The translations under genes were made by a program, and so were the position numbers. This document shows, piece by piece, positions 1 through 8,764 of a stretch of 25,175 nucleotides of DNA (position 1 is the stretch's first letter; each line of letters opens with the position of its first letter). This DNA comes from a virus (taxonomy: Duplodnaviria; Caudoviricetes), in the IMG/VR virus record IMGVR_UViG_3300016471_000446, positions 1-25,175 of that record. One strand, given 5' to 3'. The notes beneath the pieces were generated by a model. It was not told the DNA's origin. It saw only the letters and a list, made by a program, of their open reading frames with translations, and searched no databases.

Positions 1-2
1 TG

Positions 3-137
3 ATCGAGCTGGACTGCAGCGTGACGAAGTACCTGCAGCCTGGCGAGATCAAGGTGGAAGCCTACGCTTTTGGTACTGGCAACGTGACGCTGCTGCCTGG
101 CAGCGAGAACTGGTTCTCGTGCGCCCTGGTGGGCTGA
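3..137 (+). CDS. 3' end of an upstream gene, probably a tail fibre/receptor-binding protein (C1q-like beta-rich C-terminus)
   Basis: Frame 3 is open from the window start: IELDCSVTKYLQPGEIKVEAYAFGTGNVTLLPGSENWFSCALVG*. It ends in an FS-x-x-L-V pattern like C1q-type domains and lies directly before tail genes. Confidence 0.5.
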   Translation: MELDCSVTKYLQPGEIKVEAYAFGTGNVTLLPGSENWFSCALVG

Positions 138-162
138 TCCTTATGACCCTCGCAAGCTGACC

Positions 163-864
163 ATGCCACTCGAACGAATCTCTAGCCCGATGGTGACCGA
201 CGCCAGTCTCACTGGCGTTGACATCCAGGACGGCAGCATTGCCACCGTCGACCTGGCGGATGCTGCGGTCACGACGGCGAAGATAGCCGACAGCAACGTC
301 ACGACGCCGAAGCTGGCGGATGCTGCTGTGACCACCGCCAAGCTGGCCGACAGCAGCGTCACACGGGCGAAGGCCGGCGAGTCGATGGTCCGTCTCGCCA
401 CCCTCCAGACCACCACCAGCGGCGCCACCAAGGACTTCACCGGCATTCCCTCCTGGGCCCGCCGGGTCACGATGCTCTTCAACGGCGTCTCGACGACCGG
501 CGCGAACGACATCCTGCTGCAGCTCGGCGTCAACACCACTCCCACCACCAGCGGCTACGTCAACAGCCAGTCGACCCTTTGCTACCCCAGCGGCATCGTC
601 AACACCACCTCGACGGCCGGCATCCCGATCTTCAATAACCTCGGCACCTACGTCTTCACCGGCCAGATCGTGCTTGAGCTGCTCGATCCGACCGCCAACA
701 CCTGGATCATCACCGGCACTCTCGTGTCGACGGCCACGACACTCGGGACAGTCGTCTCCGGTGGTCTCATCACCCTCTCCGGTGCGCTGGGAATGGTGCG
801 TCTGACCACCACCACTGGCACCCCAACCTTCGACGCCGGCTCCGTCAACATCTCGTGGGAGTGA
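163..864 (+). CDS. Tail fibre-related structural protein with DxxVTTAKLA decapeptide repeats
   Basis: 233 aa, Thr/Gly-rich. Repeats DGSIATVDLA/DAAVTTAKIA/DSNVTTPKLA/DAAVTTAKLA/DSSVTRAKAG are typical of phage fibre shafts. The C-terminus is beta-rich and the gene is just upstream of the sheath. Confidence 0.7.
   Translation: MPLERISSPMVTDASLTGVDIQDGSIATVDLADAAVTTAKIADSNVTTPKLADAAVTTAKLADSSVTRAKAGESMVRLATLQTTTSGATKDFTGIPSWARRVTMLFNGVSTTGANDILLQLGVNTTPTTSGYVNSQSTLCYPSGIVNTTSTAGIPIFNNLGTYVFTGQIVLELLDPTANTWIITGTLVSTATTLGTVVSGGLITLSGALGMVRLTTTTGTPTFDAGSVNISWE
229..378 (+). repeat. About five tandem 30-bp coding repeats (fibre decapeptide)
   Basis: ctggcggatgctgc occurs at 253 and 313, and the protein shows 10-residue periodicity. 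Confidence 0.7.
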
Positions 865-908
865 GGCCACGACCGGCCTAGAATCGACCCAACAGGAGGA
901 CCCTCCAC

Positions 909-2324
909 ATGACCACCACCTTCCTCCACGGCGTGGAGGTGCTCCAGATCGACACTGGAGCACGGCCGATCCAGACCGTCCGCTCCAGCGTGATCGGCAT
1001 CGTCGGCACTGCACCTGATGCTGACGCCACCGCCTTTCCCATCAACACCCCGGTGCTGGTGACCAGCAAGAGCGAGTACGCCAGCATCGGATCGACCGGC
1101 ACTCTGAAGAATGCGCTCGATCTGATCTACGCCCAGGCGGGTGCTGTCGTGGTGGTCATTCGCGTCACAGCCGGCGCCAACGATGAGGCGACGATCACCA
1201 ACGTCGTCGGTGGCGTCAACGCCACGACCGGCGCCTACGAGGGGGTCTACGACTTCCTGGCGGCCGAAAACGCCGTCGGCTTTGCTCCTCGCATCCTCAT
1301 CGCCCCGGGCTTCACACATCAGCGGCACAGCAACGGGATCCTGACGATTCCCATCAGCCAGCAGGGCAGCGGCTACACCACCGCTCCTGCCGTCACGATC
1401 TCAGCCCCGGCTGCTGGTGGTGTCCAGGCCACGGCGATCGCGGTGCTCGGCACCGGCGCCAATGCCGGCAAGGTCGTGAGCATCACGGTCACCAACCCCG
1501 GCACCAACTACACCTCGGCGCCGACCGTCACCATCGCCAACCCGCCGTCAGGTACCACCGCCCAAGCCGGCACCGCCACCCGCGGCACCGTCCGCAACCG
1601 GGTCGTCGCCGAGCTGCTCGGCATCGCCCAGCGTCTTCGTGCCGTCATCGTCGCCGACGGGCCCAACACCACCGACGCTGACGCCATCGCCTATGCCGGT
1701 GACTTCGGCTCCGATCGCGTCTACCTCGTCGATCCCTGGGTCGTCGTCGGTGGCGTCACCATGCCGTCGTCCCCCGCCGTCGCCGGCATCATCAACAAGG
1801 TCGACAACGAGCTCGGCTTCTGGTGGTCGCCCTCCAACAAGGAGATCAGCGGTATCGAGGCCACCAGCCGCGCCATTGACTTCGCCCTCGGCGATTACAG
1901 CTCCAGGGCCAACCTGCTCAACGAGAAGGACGTCACCACGATCATCCGTGAGCAGGGCTTCCGCCTCTGGGGCAACCGCACCCTCGCCACCGATCCCCTC
2001 TACTCGTTCCTCTCTGTCCGTCGCACCGCGGACATGATCAACGAGAGCATCCTCCGCGGCCACCTGTGGGCGGTCGATCGCTGCATCTCCGCCGTCTACC
2101 TCGAGGAGGTGATGGAGTCGGTCCGGGGCTACCTCCGCACCCTCAAGGCCCGCGGCGCCATCCTCGGTGGTGACGTCTGGGTTGATCCGGCCCTCAACAC
2201 CCCGACCAGCATCGCCGCCGGTCAGGTGTTCTTCGACTTCGAGTTCACCCCCCCTTACCCCGCTGAGCGTGTGACCTTCCGGTCCCACCTGGTCAACACC
2301 TACGTGGTTGACCTTCTCGCCTGA
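909..2324 (+). CDS. Contractile tail sheath protein (P2 gpFI-like) with an inserted beta-rich domain
   Basis: N-terminus FLHGVEV...VIGIVGTAPDAD; motifs PRILIAPGF, GFWWSPSN, GFRLWGNRT, FTPPYPAERVTF. RBS caggagga is upstream. Confidence 0.95.
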   Translation: MTTTFLHGVEVLQIDTGARPIQTVRSSVIGIVGTAPDADATAFPINTPVLVTSKSEYASIGSTGTLKNALDLIYAQAGAVVVVIRVTAGANDEATITNVVGGVNATTGAYEGVYDFLAAENAVGFAPRILIAPGFTHQRHSNGILTIPISQQGSGYTTAPAVTISAPAAGGVQATAIAVLGTGANAGKVVSITVTNPGTNYTSAPTVTIANPPSGTTAQAGTATRGTVRNRVVAELLGIAQRLRAVIVADGPNTTDADAIAYAGDFGSDRVYLVDPWVVVGGVTMPSSPAVAGIINKVDNELGFWWSPSNKEISGIEATSRAIDFALGDYSSRANLLNEKDVTTIIREQGFRLWGNRTLATDPLYSFLSVRRTADMINESILRGHLWAVDRCISAVYLEEVMESVRGYLRTLKARGAILGGDVWVDPALNTPTSIAAGQVFFDFEFTPPYPAERVTFRSHLVNTYVVDLLA

Positions 2325-2347
2325 ACCATCACCACGAGGACTGACCC

Positions 2348-2854
2348 ATGGCCCAGATTCCCCGCATCCTGAAGAACTTCAGCCTGTTCGTCGATGGTCG
2401 CGGCCTCGCCGGCACCATCAACACCCTCACCCTCCCCACCTTGGCCACCAAGATGGAGGAGGTCCGCGCCGGCGGCATGGACGCTCCGGCCGAGGTCGAC
2501 ATGGGAATGGAGAAGCTCGAAGCCAGCTTTGATCTGCTCGAGTACAACCCGGACGTCATCGCCCTCTACGGCCTGGCCGGGGCCGACAAGCAGCTCACCG
2601 CCCGTGGCGCCATGCGTCGCGATGCGGAAGATGCTGTGCCGGTGGTGGCGAACATGACCGGTGTGGTGAAGCAGCTGGAGACCGGCGACTGGAAGGCCGG
2701 CGACATGAGCATGCCGAAGTTCAGCGTGGCGCTGCGCTACCTGAAGCTGACGATCGGCGGCACTGAACTGGTTGAGATCGACGTGGTCAACATGATCCGT
2801 CGGATCAAGGGTCAGGATCAGCTGCAGTCCATCCGTAGCGCGATCGGAGCTTGA
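2348..2854 (+). CDS. Major tail tube protein (P2 gpFII-like)
   Basis: 168 aa with IPRILKNFSLFVDG, RAGGMDAP, DMGMEKLE and EIDVVNMIRRI; follows the sheath gene. Confidence 0.95.
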   Translation: MAQIPRILKNFSLFVDGRGLAGTINTLTLPTLATKMEEVRAGGMDAPAEVDMGMEKLEASFDLLEYNPDVIALYGLAGADKQLTARGAMRRDAEDAVPVVANMTGVVKQLETGDWKAGDMSMPKFSVALRYLKLTIGGTELVEIDVVNMIRRIKGQDQLQSIRSAIGA

Positions 2855-3138
2855 TGATGGCGATCGACAAGCGGGCGACCGTGAAGGTCGTCCTCGACTT
2901 TCCCATCACCGTCTCTGGGGTGGAGGTGAAGCACCTCACGATGCGTCGGCCGAAGGTGCGTGACGAGATGGCCTTCAGCAAGGCCAGCGGATTGACCGAG
3001 GACAAGGTGATGCAGCTGATCAGCAGCCTCACCGAAACGCCGATCGAGGATCTGATGGAGCTGGATGCGGCCGACTGGTTCAAGCTCGAGGAGCAGTACC
3101 AGGCTTTCAAGGGGGCCAGGCCACAGGGCGAGGGCTGA
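2854..3138 (+). CDS. Tail assembly chaperone (P2 gpE / FluMu gp41-like)
   Basis: LDFPITVSG...LTMRRPKVRD...LMELDAADW; located between tube and tape measure genes. Confidence 0.9.
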   Translation: MMAIDKRATVKVVLDFPITVSGVEVKHLTMRRPKVRDEMAFSKASGLTEDKVMQLISSLTETPIEDLMELDAADWFKLEEQYQAFKGARPQGEG

Positions 3139-3278
3139 GGCGGGCAGTGCTGAGCCTGTCGCTGCTCACCGGCTGGGGCCTGGCGGACATTGAGGGGATG
3201 GAGATCGATGACTTCTGGGCGTTCCTCGAGGATGCCCAGGTGCTCCAGAATGAGATCAAGGAGGGGATGGTGCAATGA
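3111..3278 (+). CDS. gpE'-like -1 frameshift extension of the tail chaperone
   Basis: The -1 frame reads ...LRRAVLSLSLLTGWGLADIEGMEIDDFWAFLEDAQVLQNEIKEGMVQ*, with the gpE'-type GW-x3-I-x2-M-x5-W pattern. Its TGA overlaps the tape measure ATG (ATGA). A G5 run is at 3111-3115. Confidence 0.75.
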   Translation, partial: GGQATGRGLRRAVLSLSLLTGWGLADIEGMEIDDFWAFLEDAQVLQNEIKEGMVQ

Positions 3279-5362
3279 TCGGCGGCGGGCCCCAGAAGAT
3301 CACGGTCGAGATCGGGGGCAAGATCGCCGCCAGCCTCGGGGCCGCACTGCGTGGTGCGCAGATGCAGGTCAGCTCGTTCGGGCGGAACGTGACCCGGACG
3401 ATGAACGATGCGGCGACGGCAGGCCGGAAGGGCTTCAAGGGCATGTTCGACAATGCCCTCTGGCAGCAGGCGGCGATTGGTGCGGCAGCGATCGGCACCG
3501 GCCTGGCGGCCAGTGTGCGCGTCGCGGCCCGGTTCGAGTCGGTGCTGTCCGACATCGGCAAGACCGCGAACATTGGTGAAGGCGAACTGAAGAAGCTCAG
3601 CGGCCAGATCCTGCAGCTCTCCGGCCGGAACGTCACCAACCTGGCGCCGGAGAAGCTGGCCGCCGGCATTCAGGATCTGGTCGCCCAGGGCCTGGAGCTG
3701 AAGGACGCCGTCGCGTCGATGGAGGCCCTCGGCAAGGTGGCGACCGCCACCAACTCAGATCTGCTCGACGTCACCAAGACTGGCTTCCAGCTGCAGAACG
3801 CACTGAAGATCCGACCGACGGAACTGAAGGCCACCTTCGATGCCCTGGCCTACGCCGGCAAGCAGGGCGCCTTCGAGCTGAAGGACATGGCCCAGTTCAT
3901 GCCCACCATCGCCGCAGCAGCGGGGACGATGGGCATCCAGGGCAAGAAGGGAGCGATCGCCCTGGCGGCGATGATGCAGATGGTGCGGAAGGATGCGCCA
4001 GACGCGGGCCAGGCCGCGACCCGGATGACGGACGCGATGCTGAAGATGACCGCGCCAGACGCGGTGAAGAACTTCAAGAAGTTCGGCGTCAACATCGAGC
4101 AGGTGCTGAAGAACGCCAAGGCAAAGGGTGTCAACCCGATGGAGGCAGCGCTCAGTGAGCTGCAGCGGGTGACCGGCGGCGACGTCTTTAAGCTCGGCCA
4201 GATCTTTGGCGACAAGGAGGCCAAGCTGGGCCTGATGTCGCTGATGAAGTACCGGAAGGAGTACGAGAAGCTGAAGGCGGATGCTAGTGGTGCGGCTGCC
4301 GCCGGCACCGTCGACAAGGACTACCAGCGGTCGCTCAAGACCTTCCAGGGGACGCTCACCAGCTTCCAGAACAGCAGCCAGCGGCTGGGCATCGCCGTCG
4401 GCAATGCACTGCTGCCTCCGCTCACGCGCCTGGCCGAGCTCATCACGCCGTTGGCGGAGGGGATCGCCGACTGGGCATCGAAGAACCAGGGCCTGATGGC
4501 TGGCATCGTCGGGATCGGCGCTGCCCTCGCCGGCCTGGTGGTGGCGCTGCCCGTCATTGCTGGTGTCGTCTCGGCAATCGGCACCATCGGGGCTGCCATC
4601 GGCGCCGTTATGGCTGCCGTGCCCCTGCTGGCCGGCATCGGCACCGTCTTCGCGCTCGTCGTCCCACCCATCGGCATCGCCGCCGCGGCCATCGGTGGTG
4701 TCGCGGCCCTGGCCTACGTCGTCATCCGCAACTGGCGACCGATCAGCGGATTCTTTGCCAACCTCTGGGGCCAGGTCGTCGCCGTCACCCGCCAGGTCGG
4801 GCCACAGATGCTGAGCATCTTCGCCCCCATCCCTGCCCTCATCATCCGGCTGTTCACCAGCAGCGGCATTGGCCAGCGGCTGATCACCTCGATCATCGAT
4901 GGCCTCAAGGCCAGGGCTGGTGCACTGTTTAGCTGGGTGTCGAGCGCGGTCAGCAGGATCGGCAGCATGATCGGCTCCGTGCGTCCTGGTGCGCCCCCTG
5001 CGGCGCCGCCTGCCACCACCCCGGCCAGCCCCCCTGCAACGCCGCCAGGTCGCGCGCGCGGGGGCCCGGTGCGCGCGGGCATGCCCTACCTGGTGGGCGA
5101 GCGCCGGCCAGAGCTGTTCGTCCCCGGCATGGATGGCGGCATCATCCCCCGCGTCGCCGCCCCGGTCACCGCCGCCGCCCTCGCCGCCGTTCTTGCTGGC
5201 CCAGCACCTGCTGCTGCAGCTCCCGCCATCACCATCAACGCTCCGGTCACCATCAATGCCGCCGGCGGCGATCATGGCGACATCCGCCGCCAGGTCGAGG
5301 ACGCCTTCGTCGACATCCTCCGCCGGGTCGAGTCCAGCCATCGCATGCTCCTCAACGACTGA
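3275..5362 (+). CDS. Tail tape measure protein (TP901-type core)
   Basis: 695 aa, Ala/Gly-rich and helical, with AGKQGAFELKDMAQ core, hydrophobic segments and C-terminal RARGGPV...YLVGERRPELFVP motif. Confidence 0.95.
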   Translation: MIGGGPQKITVEIGGKIAASLGAALRGAQMQVSSFGRNVTRTMNDAATAGRKGFKGMFDNALWQQAAIGAAAIGTGLAASVRVAARFESVLSDIGKTANIGEGELKKLSGQILQLSGRNVTNLAPEKLAAGIQDLVAQGLELKDAVASMEALGKVATATNSDLLDVTKTGFQLQNALKIRPTELKATFDALAYAGKQGAFELKDMAQFMPTIAAAAGTMGIQGKKGAIALAAMMQMVRKDAPDAGQAATRMTDAMLKMTAPDAVKNFKKFGVNIEQVLKNAKAKGVNPMEAALSELQRVTGGDVFKLGQIFGDKEAKLGLMSLMKYRKEYEKLKADASGAAAAGTVDKDYQRSLKTFQGTLTSFQNSSQRLGIAVGNALLPPLTRLAELITPLAEGIADWASKNQGLMAGIVGIGAALAGLVVALPVIAGVVSAIGTIGAAIGAVMAAVPLLAGIGTVFALVVPPIGIAAAAIGGVAALAYVVIRNWRPISGFFANLWGQVVAVTRQVGPQMLSIFAPIPALIIRLFTSSGIGQRLITSIIDGLKARAGALFSWVSSAVSRIGSMIGSVRPGAPPAAPPATTPASPPATPPGRARGGPVRAGMPYLVGERRPELFVPGMDGGIIPRVAAPVTAAALAAVLAGPAPAAAAPAITINAPVTINAAGGDHGDIRRQVEDAFVDILRRVESSHRMLLND

Positions 5363-5364
5363 CC

Positions 5365-6294
5365 ATGGCACGCCCCCTCTTCCAGCTCGGCAGCTTCCAG
5401 TTCGACCTGCAGAACGGGGCCCCGCAGACCCTCGACCGGACGGCGGAGTACCGGTGGGAGGAGCAGCCGCGCATCCTCCGTGATCCCGCCAACCAGTTCC
5501 TTGGCCCTGGCTCCCAGCAGATCACCCTCGACGGCACCCTCTACCCGGGCTTCACCGGCAAGGTCACGACCATCGAGTCGCTGCGCTCCCTCGCTGCGAA
5601 AGGCGAGCCGCAGATGCTCACCGATGGCATGGGCAAGGTGCATGGAAAATGGGTGATCAAGCGGGTCCGGGAGGGCCAGGGCAGCTTCCTCCAGGGCGGC
5701 GCCCCTCGTCGCATCGACTTCACCCTTGACCTGCTGCGCTACGCCGAGGACAACCCCGGCGCTGCGGCCAGCCCCACCAGCGTCTCCGCGGTCTCCGGCC
5801 TGGCCGGCGACTACGCCCAGATCATCAGCAGCCTGGATCCGTTCACCGTCGACGAGTCCGCCTTCGACTTCGCCTCCTGGGCCAACAGCGCCGAGTTCAG
5901 TGTCGTCGCCGAGGCCGCCCGTGGTGCTGGCTTCAACCTTGGACAGCTCGCTGGCATCGCGCAGGCGATCGGCAACCAGAACTACGTCCAGGCTGCCCTC
6001 AACGCCTTCGGTCTCGCCAGCCTCAACATTGACCAGAGCAACACCTGGGTGCAGCTCGGCATCAATGCTGCTCAGATGGCGCAGCAGTTCGCCGCCGGCC
6101 GCGGGCCGGAGGCCACCGGCATCGCCCTCGAGGCCCTTCGTCCTGCCACCACCGCCATGCTCCAGACCCTCGGTGGTGGCGTCGGTGGCGGCCAGGCCCT
6201 GGCCGACATGATCGGCAGCGCATCGACCATCATGACGATGCTGGACGTCGATCCCTACGTCACCGACACGATCCGAAGCCTGATCCGACCATGA
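5365..6294 (+). CDS. P2 gpU-like tail protein with a long C-terminal extension
   Basis: The first ~127 aa match gpU (LFQLGSFQF, QFLGPGSQQITLDGTLYP, GKVHGKWVI, IDFTLDL), followed by ~180 extra residues. Confidence 0.85.
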   Translation: MARPLFQLGSFQFDLQNGAPQTLDRTAEYRWEEQPRILRDPANQFLGPGSQQITLDGTLYPGFTGKVTTIESLRSLAAKGEPQMLTDGMGKVHGKWVIKRVREGQGSFLQGGAPRRIDFTLDLLRYAEDNPGAAASPTSVSAVSGLAGDYAQIISSLDPFTVDESAFDFASWANSAEFSVVAEAARGAGFNLGQLAGIAQAIGNQNYVQAALNAFGLASLNIDQSNTWVQLGINAAQMAQQFAAGRGPEATGIALEALRPATTAMLQTLGGGVGGGQALADMIGSASTIMTMLDVDPYVTDTIRSLIRP

Positions 6295-6503
6295 GCCAGG
6301 TCTACGTCACCCGCCAGTTCGACATGGTCGACCTCATCTGCTGGCGCTACTACGGCCGCACGCAGGGAACGGTCGAGGCGGTGCTGGCGGTGAACCAGAA
6401 CCTGGCGGACCTGGCCCCGATTCTGCCCGAGGGCCTCCGCATTCTGCTGCCGGACCTGCCAGCACCTGACACCACCGAGACCCTCAGGATCTGGAGCCCA
6501 TGA
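6291..6503 (+). CDS. Tail protein X (P2 gpX, LysM-like)
   Basis: 70 aa with DMVDLICWRYYG...VEAVLAVNQNLA...LPEGLRILLP. Confidence 0.93.
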   Translation: MSQVYVTRQFDMVDLICWRYYGRTQGTVEAVLAVNQNLADLAPILPEGLRILLPDLPAPDTTETLRIWSP

Positions 6504-7960
6504 CCACCCCGGCGTTCCGCATCGTCGTCGATGGCAGCGACGTCACCGCGCAGATCAAGGATCGACTCGTCAGCCTGCGCGTCACCGACGAAGCCGGGCA
6601 GGTGTCGGACAGCTGCGAGATCACGCTGGATGACCGCGAGAAGCGGATGCCGATGCCCAGGACTGGCGCATGGGTGCGGGTGTGGATGGGCTACAGCACC
6701 GGCGGGAAGCTGCCGGTCTACATGGGCGCCTTCGCCGTTGATGACTGCGACCTCAGCTGCGGCCCACGGTCGATGGTGATCCGCGCCACTGCTGCTGCCA
6801 CGGCTCCAGAGCTGGTGAAGGAGCAACGAACCGAGGCCTGGCACAACACCACCCTGGGACAGATCGGGGCCAAGATCGCGCAGCGCAACGGACTCCAGCC
6901 CGTGTTCAAGGGCAACCTGGCGAGCATCGAGATCAAGCACGAAGACCAGACGAACGAGAGTGACCAGTCGTTCCTCACCAGGCTGTCGGAGAAGATCCGA
7001 GCGACGATCAAGCCGGCCGACGGCAAGCTCGTCTTCCAGCCGCGCGGCACCGGCGAGGGGCTGCAGCAGGACTTCACCGTGAAGGAGACGGAAGTGTCGA
7101 CTTGGCGGGCGAACGTGAAAAACCGCGGCGCCTACGGTGAGGTGGAGGTGCGCTACCTGGACCGCCCGAGCCAGAAGGAGAAGACGAAGAAGGCGGGGCA
7201 GAAGGGGAAGCTGCCGACGTACCAGGAGAAGCAGCTGGCAAAGAATGAGGAGGAGGCACAGAAGCAGGCCGAGTCGAAGTTGCAGAGCCTCCAGTCCGGA
7301 GAGGTGCGGATCAGCCTCACCATGCCTGGCCGGCCAGACATCAGCGCTGAGGGGCTGATCACGCTCGAGGACTTCCGGCCGGAGGTGAATGGGACGTGGA
7401 ACGTGAAGCAGATTGAGCACACCATCGACAGCCAGGGGTATCGCACCTCGATCGAATGCGGAACGAAGGGAGAGGAGAACGACGACTGGACGCTGGGTGA
7501 GGTTGGCGGCGGCAGCGGCACCCTCGGCACGCCAGGGCAGAACAACGGCAAGCCAGCCGGCGTGAAGTCGAACCTCATCGCACGGTCGGCCGAGCAGCTG
7601 CGTGGGATGAACACCAGGGGCGGGCCTGACGGCGGCAACAATGCTTGCCTCTTCGCCGTGAACCGGGTACTGAGGAACGCCGGCATCACGCCGCCGTGGG
7701 GCAACAGCAACTACGTCCCGACGGCGCAGCAGGTGCTCGCCGGTGGCGCCGGCACACTGCTGTCGGGCCCCGAGCCTGGCGCGATCGCGATCATGCGTGA
7801 CTACGGCAACCCTCCCTACCCCCACGTTGGTGTCGTCGGAACTGATGGCAGCACGATCATCAGCAACAGCTCCTCCCGCGGCACGTTCTCCTGGGCCGCC
7901 GGCGAAGGCAGCTACACCTCCACCTACGGTCGAACCCCTCTCTACTACCGACTCCGGTAG
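6500..7960 (+). CDS. P2 gpD-like baseplate hub fused to a C-terminal CHAP/NlpC-P60-like peptidase domain
   Basis: N-terminal gpD motifs (RLVSLRVTDEAGQVSD, DQTNESDQSFLTRL), then a Gly-rich linker, then NACLFAVNRVL...PEPGAIAIM...PHVGVV with Cys/His as a candidate catalytic pair. Confidence 0.85.
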   Translation: MTTPAFRIVVDGSDVTAQIKDRLVSLRVTDEAGQVSDSCEITLDDREKRMPMPRTGAWVRVWMGYSTGGKLPVYMGAFAVDDCDLSCGPRSMVIRATAAATAPELVKEQRTEAWHNTTLGQIGAKIAQRNGLQPVFKGNLASIEIKHEDQTNESDQSFLTRLSEKIRATIKPADGKLVFQPRGTGEGLQQDFTVKETEVSTWRANVKNRGAYGEVEVRYLDRPSQKEKTKKAGQKGKLPTYQEKQLAKNEEEAQKQAESKLQSLQSGEVRISLTMPGRPDISAEGLITLEDFRPEVNGTWNVKQIEHTIDSQGYRTSIECGTKGEENDDWTLGEVGGGSGTLGTPGQNNGKPAGVKSNLIARSAEQLRGMNTRGGPDGGNNACLFAVNRVLRNAGITPPWGNSNYVPTAQQVLAGGAGTLLSGPEPGAIAIMRDYGNPPYPHVGVVGTDGSTIISNSSSRGTFSWAAGEGSYTSTYGRTPLYYRLR

Positions 7961-7969
7961 CATCCGACA

Positions 7970-8257
7970 GTGAGCACCGCGGCGATGCCTGACCACGACA
8001 CGACGCACGGTGACATCCTGCGTGCGATCGGCAACCTCGAAGGGAAGCTGGATGCCATCCACTCCACGATGGCCAACAACCGCGCCGACATCGTCGAGGC
8101 CTTCAGGCGGTTGAGCCAGGCGGAGCAACGCATCGCCCAGGGCGTCATCCTGGCTGTCGTCGTGTCGCTCGTCATGCCTGTCGTGGTGGTGATGGTCGCG
8201 CCGCGCCTAGAGTTAGGTCCGGAGCATCCCGTCCCTCACTCCAGCACCAGGCCATGA
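7970..8257 (+). CDS. Small coiled-coil protein with one C-terminal transmembrane helix (possible holin/lysis accessory)
   Basis: HGDILRAIGNLEGKLD coiled coil followed by hydrophobic GVILAVVVSLVMPVVVVMVA. Confidence 0.6.
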   Translation: MSTAAMPDHDTTHGDILRAIGNLEGKLDAIHSTMANNRADIVEAFRRLSQAEQRIAQGVILAVVVSLVMPVVVVMVAPRLELGPEHPVPHSSTRP

Positions 8258-8763
8258 TCGGTCCCACCAAGCGCCCACAGGATTTCGGCTTCCGTCCCAA
8301 CGACAGCCACATCCTCGTCAACGACGTCACCGAGCGGGCCCGCGCGTTCTCGGCCGCCGGCAAGCTCCTCTGGGACGTTCCTGCCCTCGGCCGCGGCCAG
8401 GGTGCCGACACTGACTGGGCTGGCGTCGGCACCGACACCCCGCCAGGCCTCTACGTCATCGGCCAGATCTACCGCGACTACGAGGCCGACCCCACCCCGC
8501 CCTACTCCCGCACCGCCATCGCCTACGGCTGGTACTCGTTCGACCTCGAGGAGCTCGAAGGCCAGGAGGGCCGCTACGGCAGGGCCGGCATCATGATCCA
8601 CGGTGGTGGCACCGCCTGCGGGTGGCCCGGGGCCTGGGAGCCGAAGCAGCCGCTGGTCCCCACCCTCGGCTGCGTCCGGATGTACAACCAGGACCTGCGC
8701 GATCGGCTGTTGCCCCTCACCGCCGCCGGCAAGGTGTTCGTCTCCGTCTACCAGGAAGGCTGA
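8254..8763 (+). CDS. L,D-transpeptidase (YkuD)-like catalytic domain protein
   Basis: DTPPGLY, GIMIHGGG and TLGCVRM give the His...Cys signature of the YkuD fold. Confidence 0.8.
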   Translation: MIGPTKRPQDFGFRPNDSHILVNDVTERARAFSAAGKLLWDVPALGRGQGADTDWAGVGTDTPPGLYVIGQIYRDYEADPTPPYSRTAIAYGWYSFDLEELEGQEGRYGRAGIMIHGGGTACGWPGAWEPKQPLVPTLGCVRMYNQDLRDRLLPLTAAGKVFVSVYQEG

Positions 8764-8764
8764 G

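Noticed and set aside
1-864. Diversity-generating retroelement or invertible fibre cassette
   Set aside because: No reverse transcriptase, invertase or duplicated template of the fibre 3' ends was seen in the window.
7958-7972. Genome-wide stop-codon reassignment (gpD TAG in frame with the next ORF, plus two internal stops at 12.9-13.1 kb)
   Set aside because: The internal stops are different codons (TAG and TAA), all long genes are uninterrupted in the standard code, and TAG/TAA end gpD and VRR-NUC at plausible positions.
3755-8128. Long antisense ORFs (3755-5371, 6350-8128; also 13515-15050, 17519-18658, 22397-23371)
   Set aside because: These are shadow frames of real genes in high-GC DNA with no recognisable motifs.
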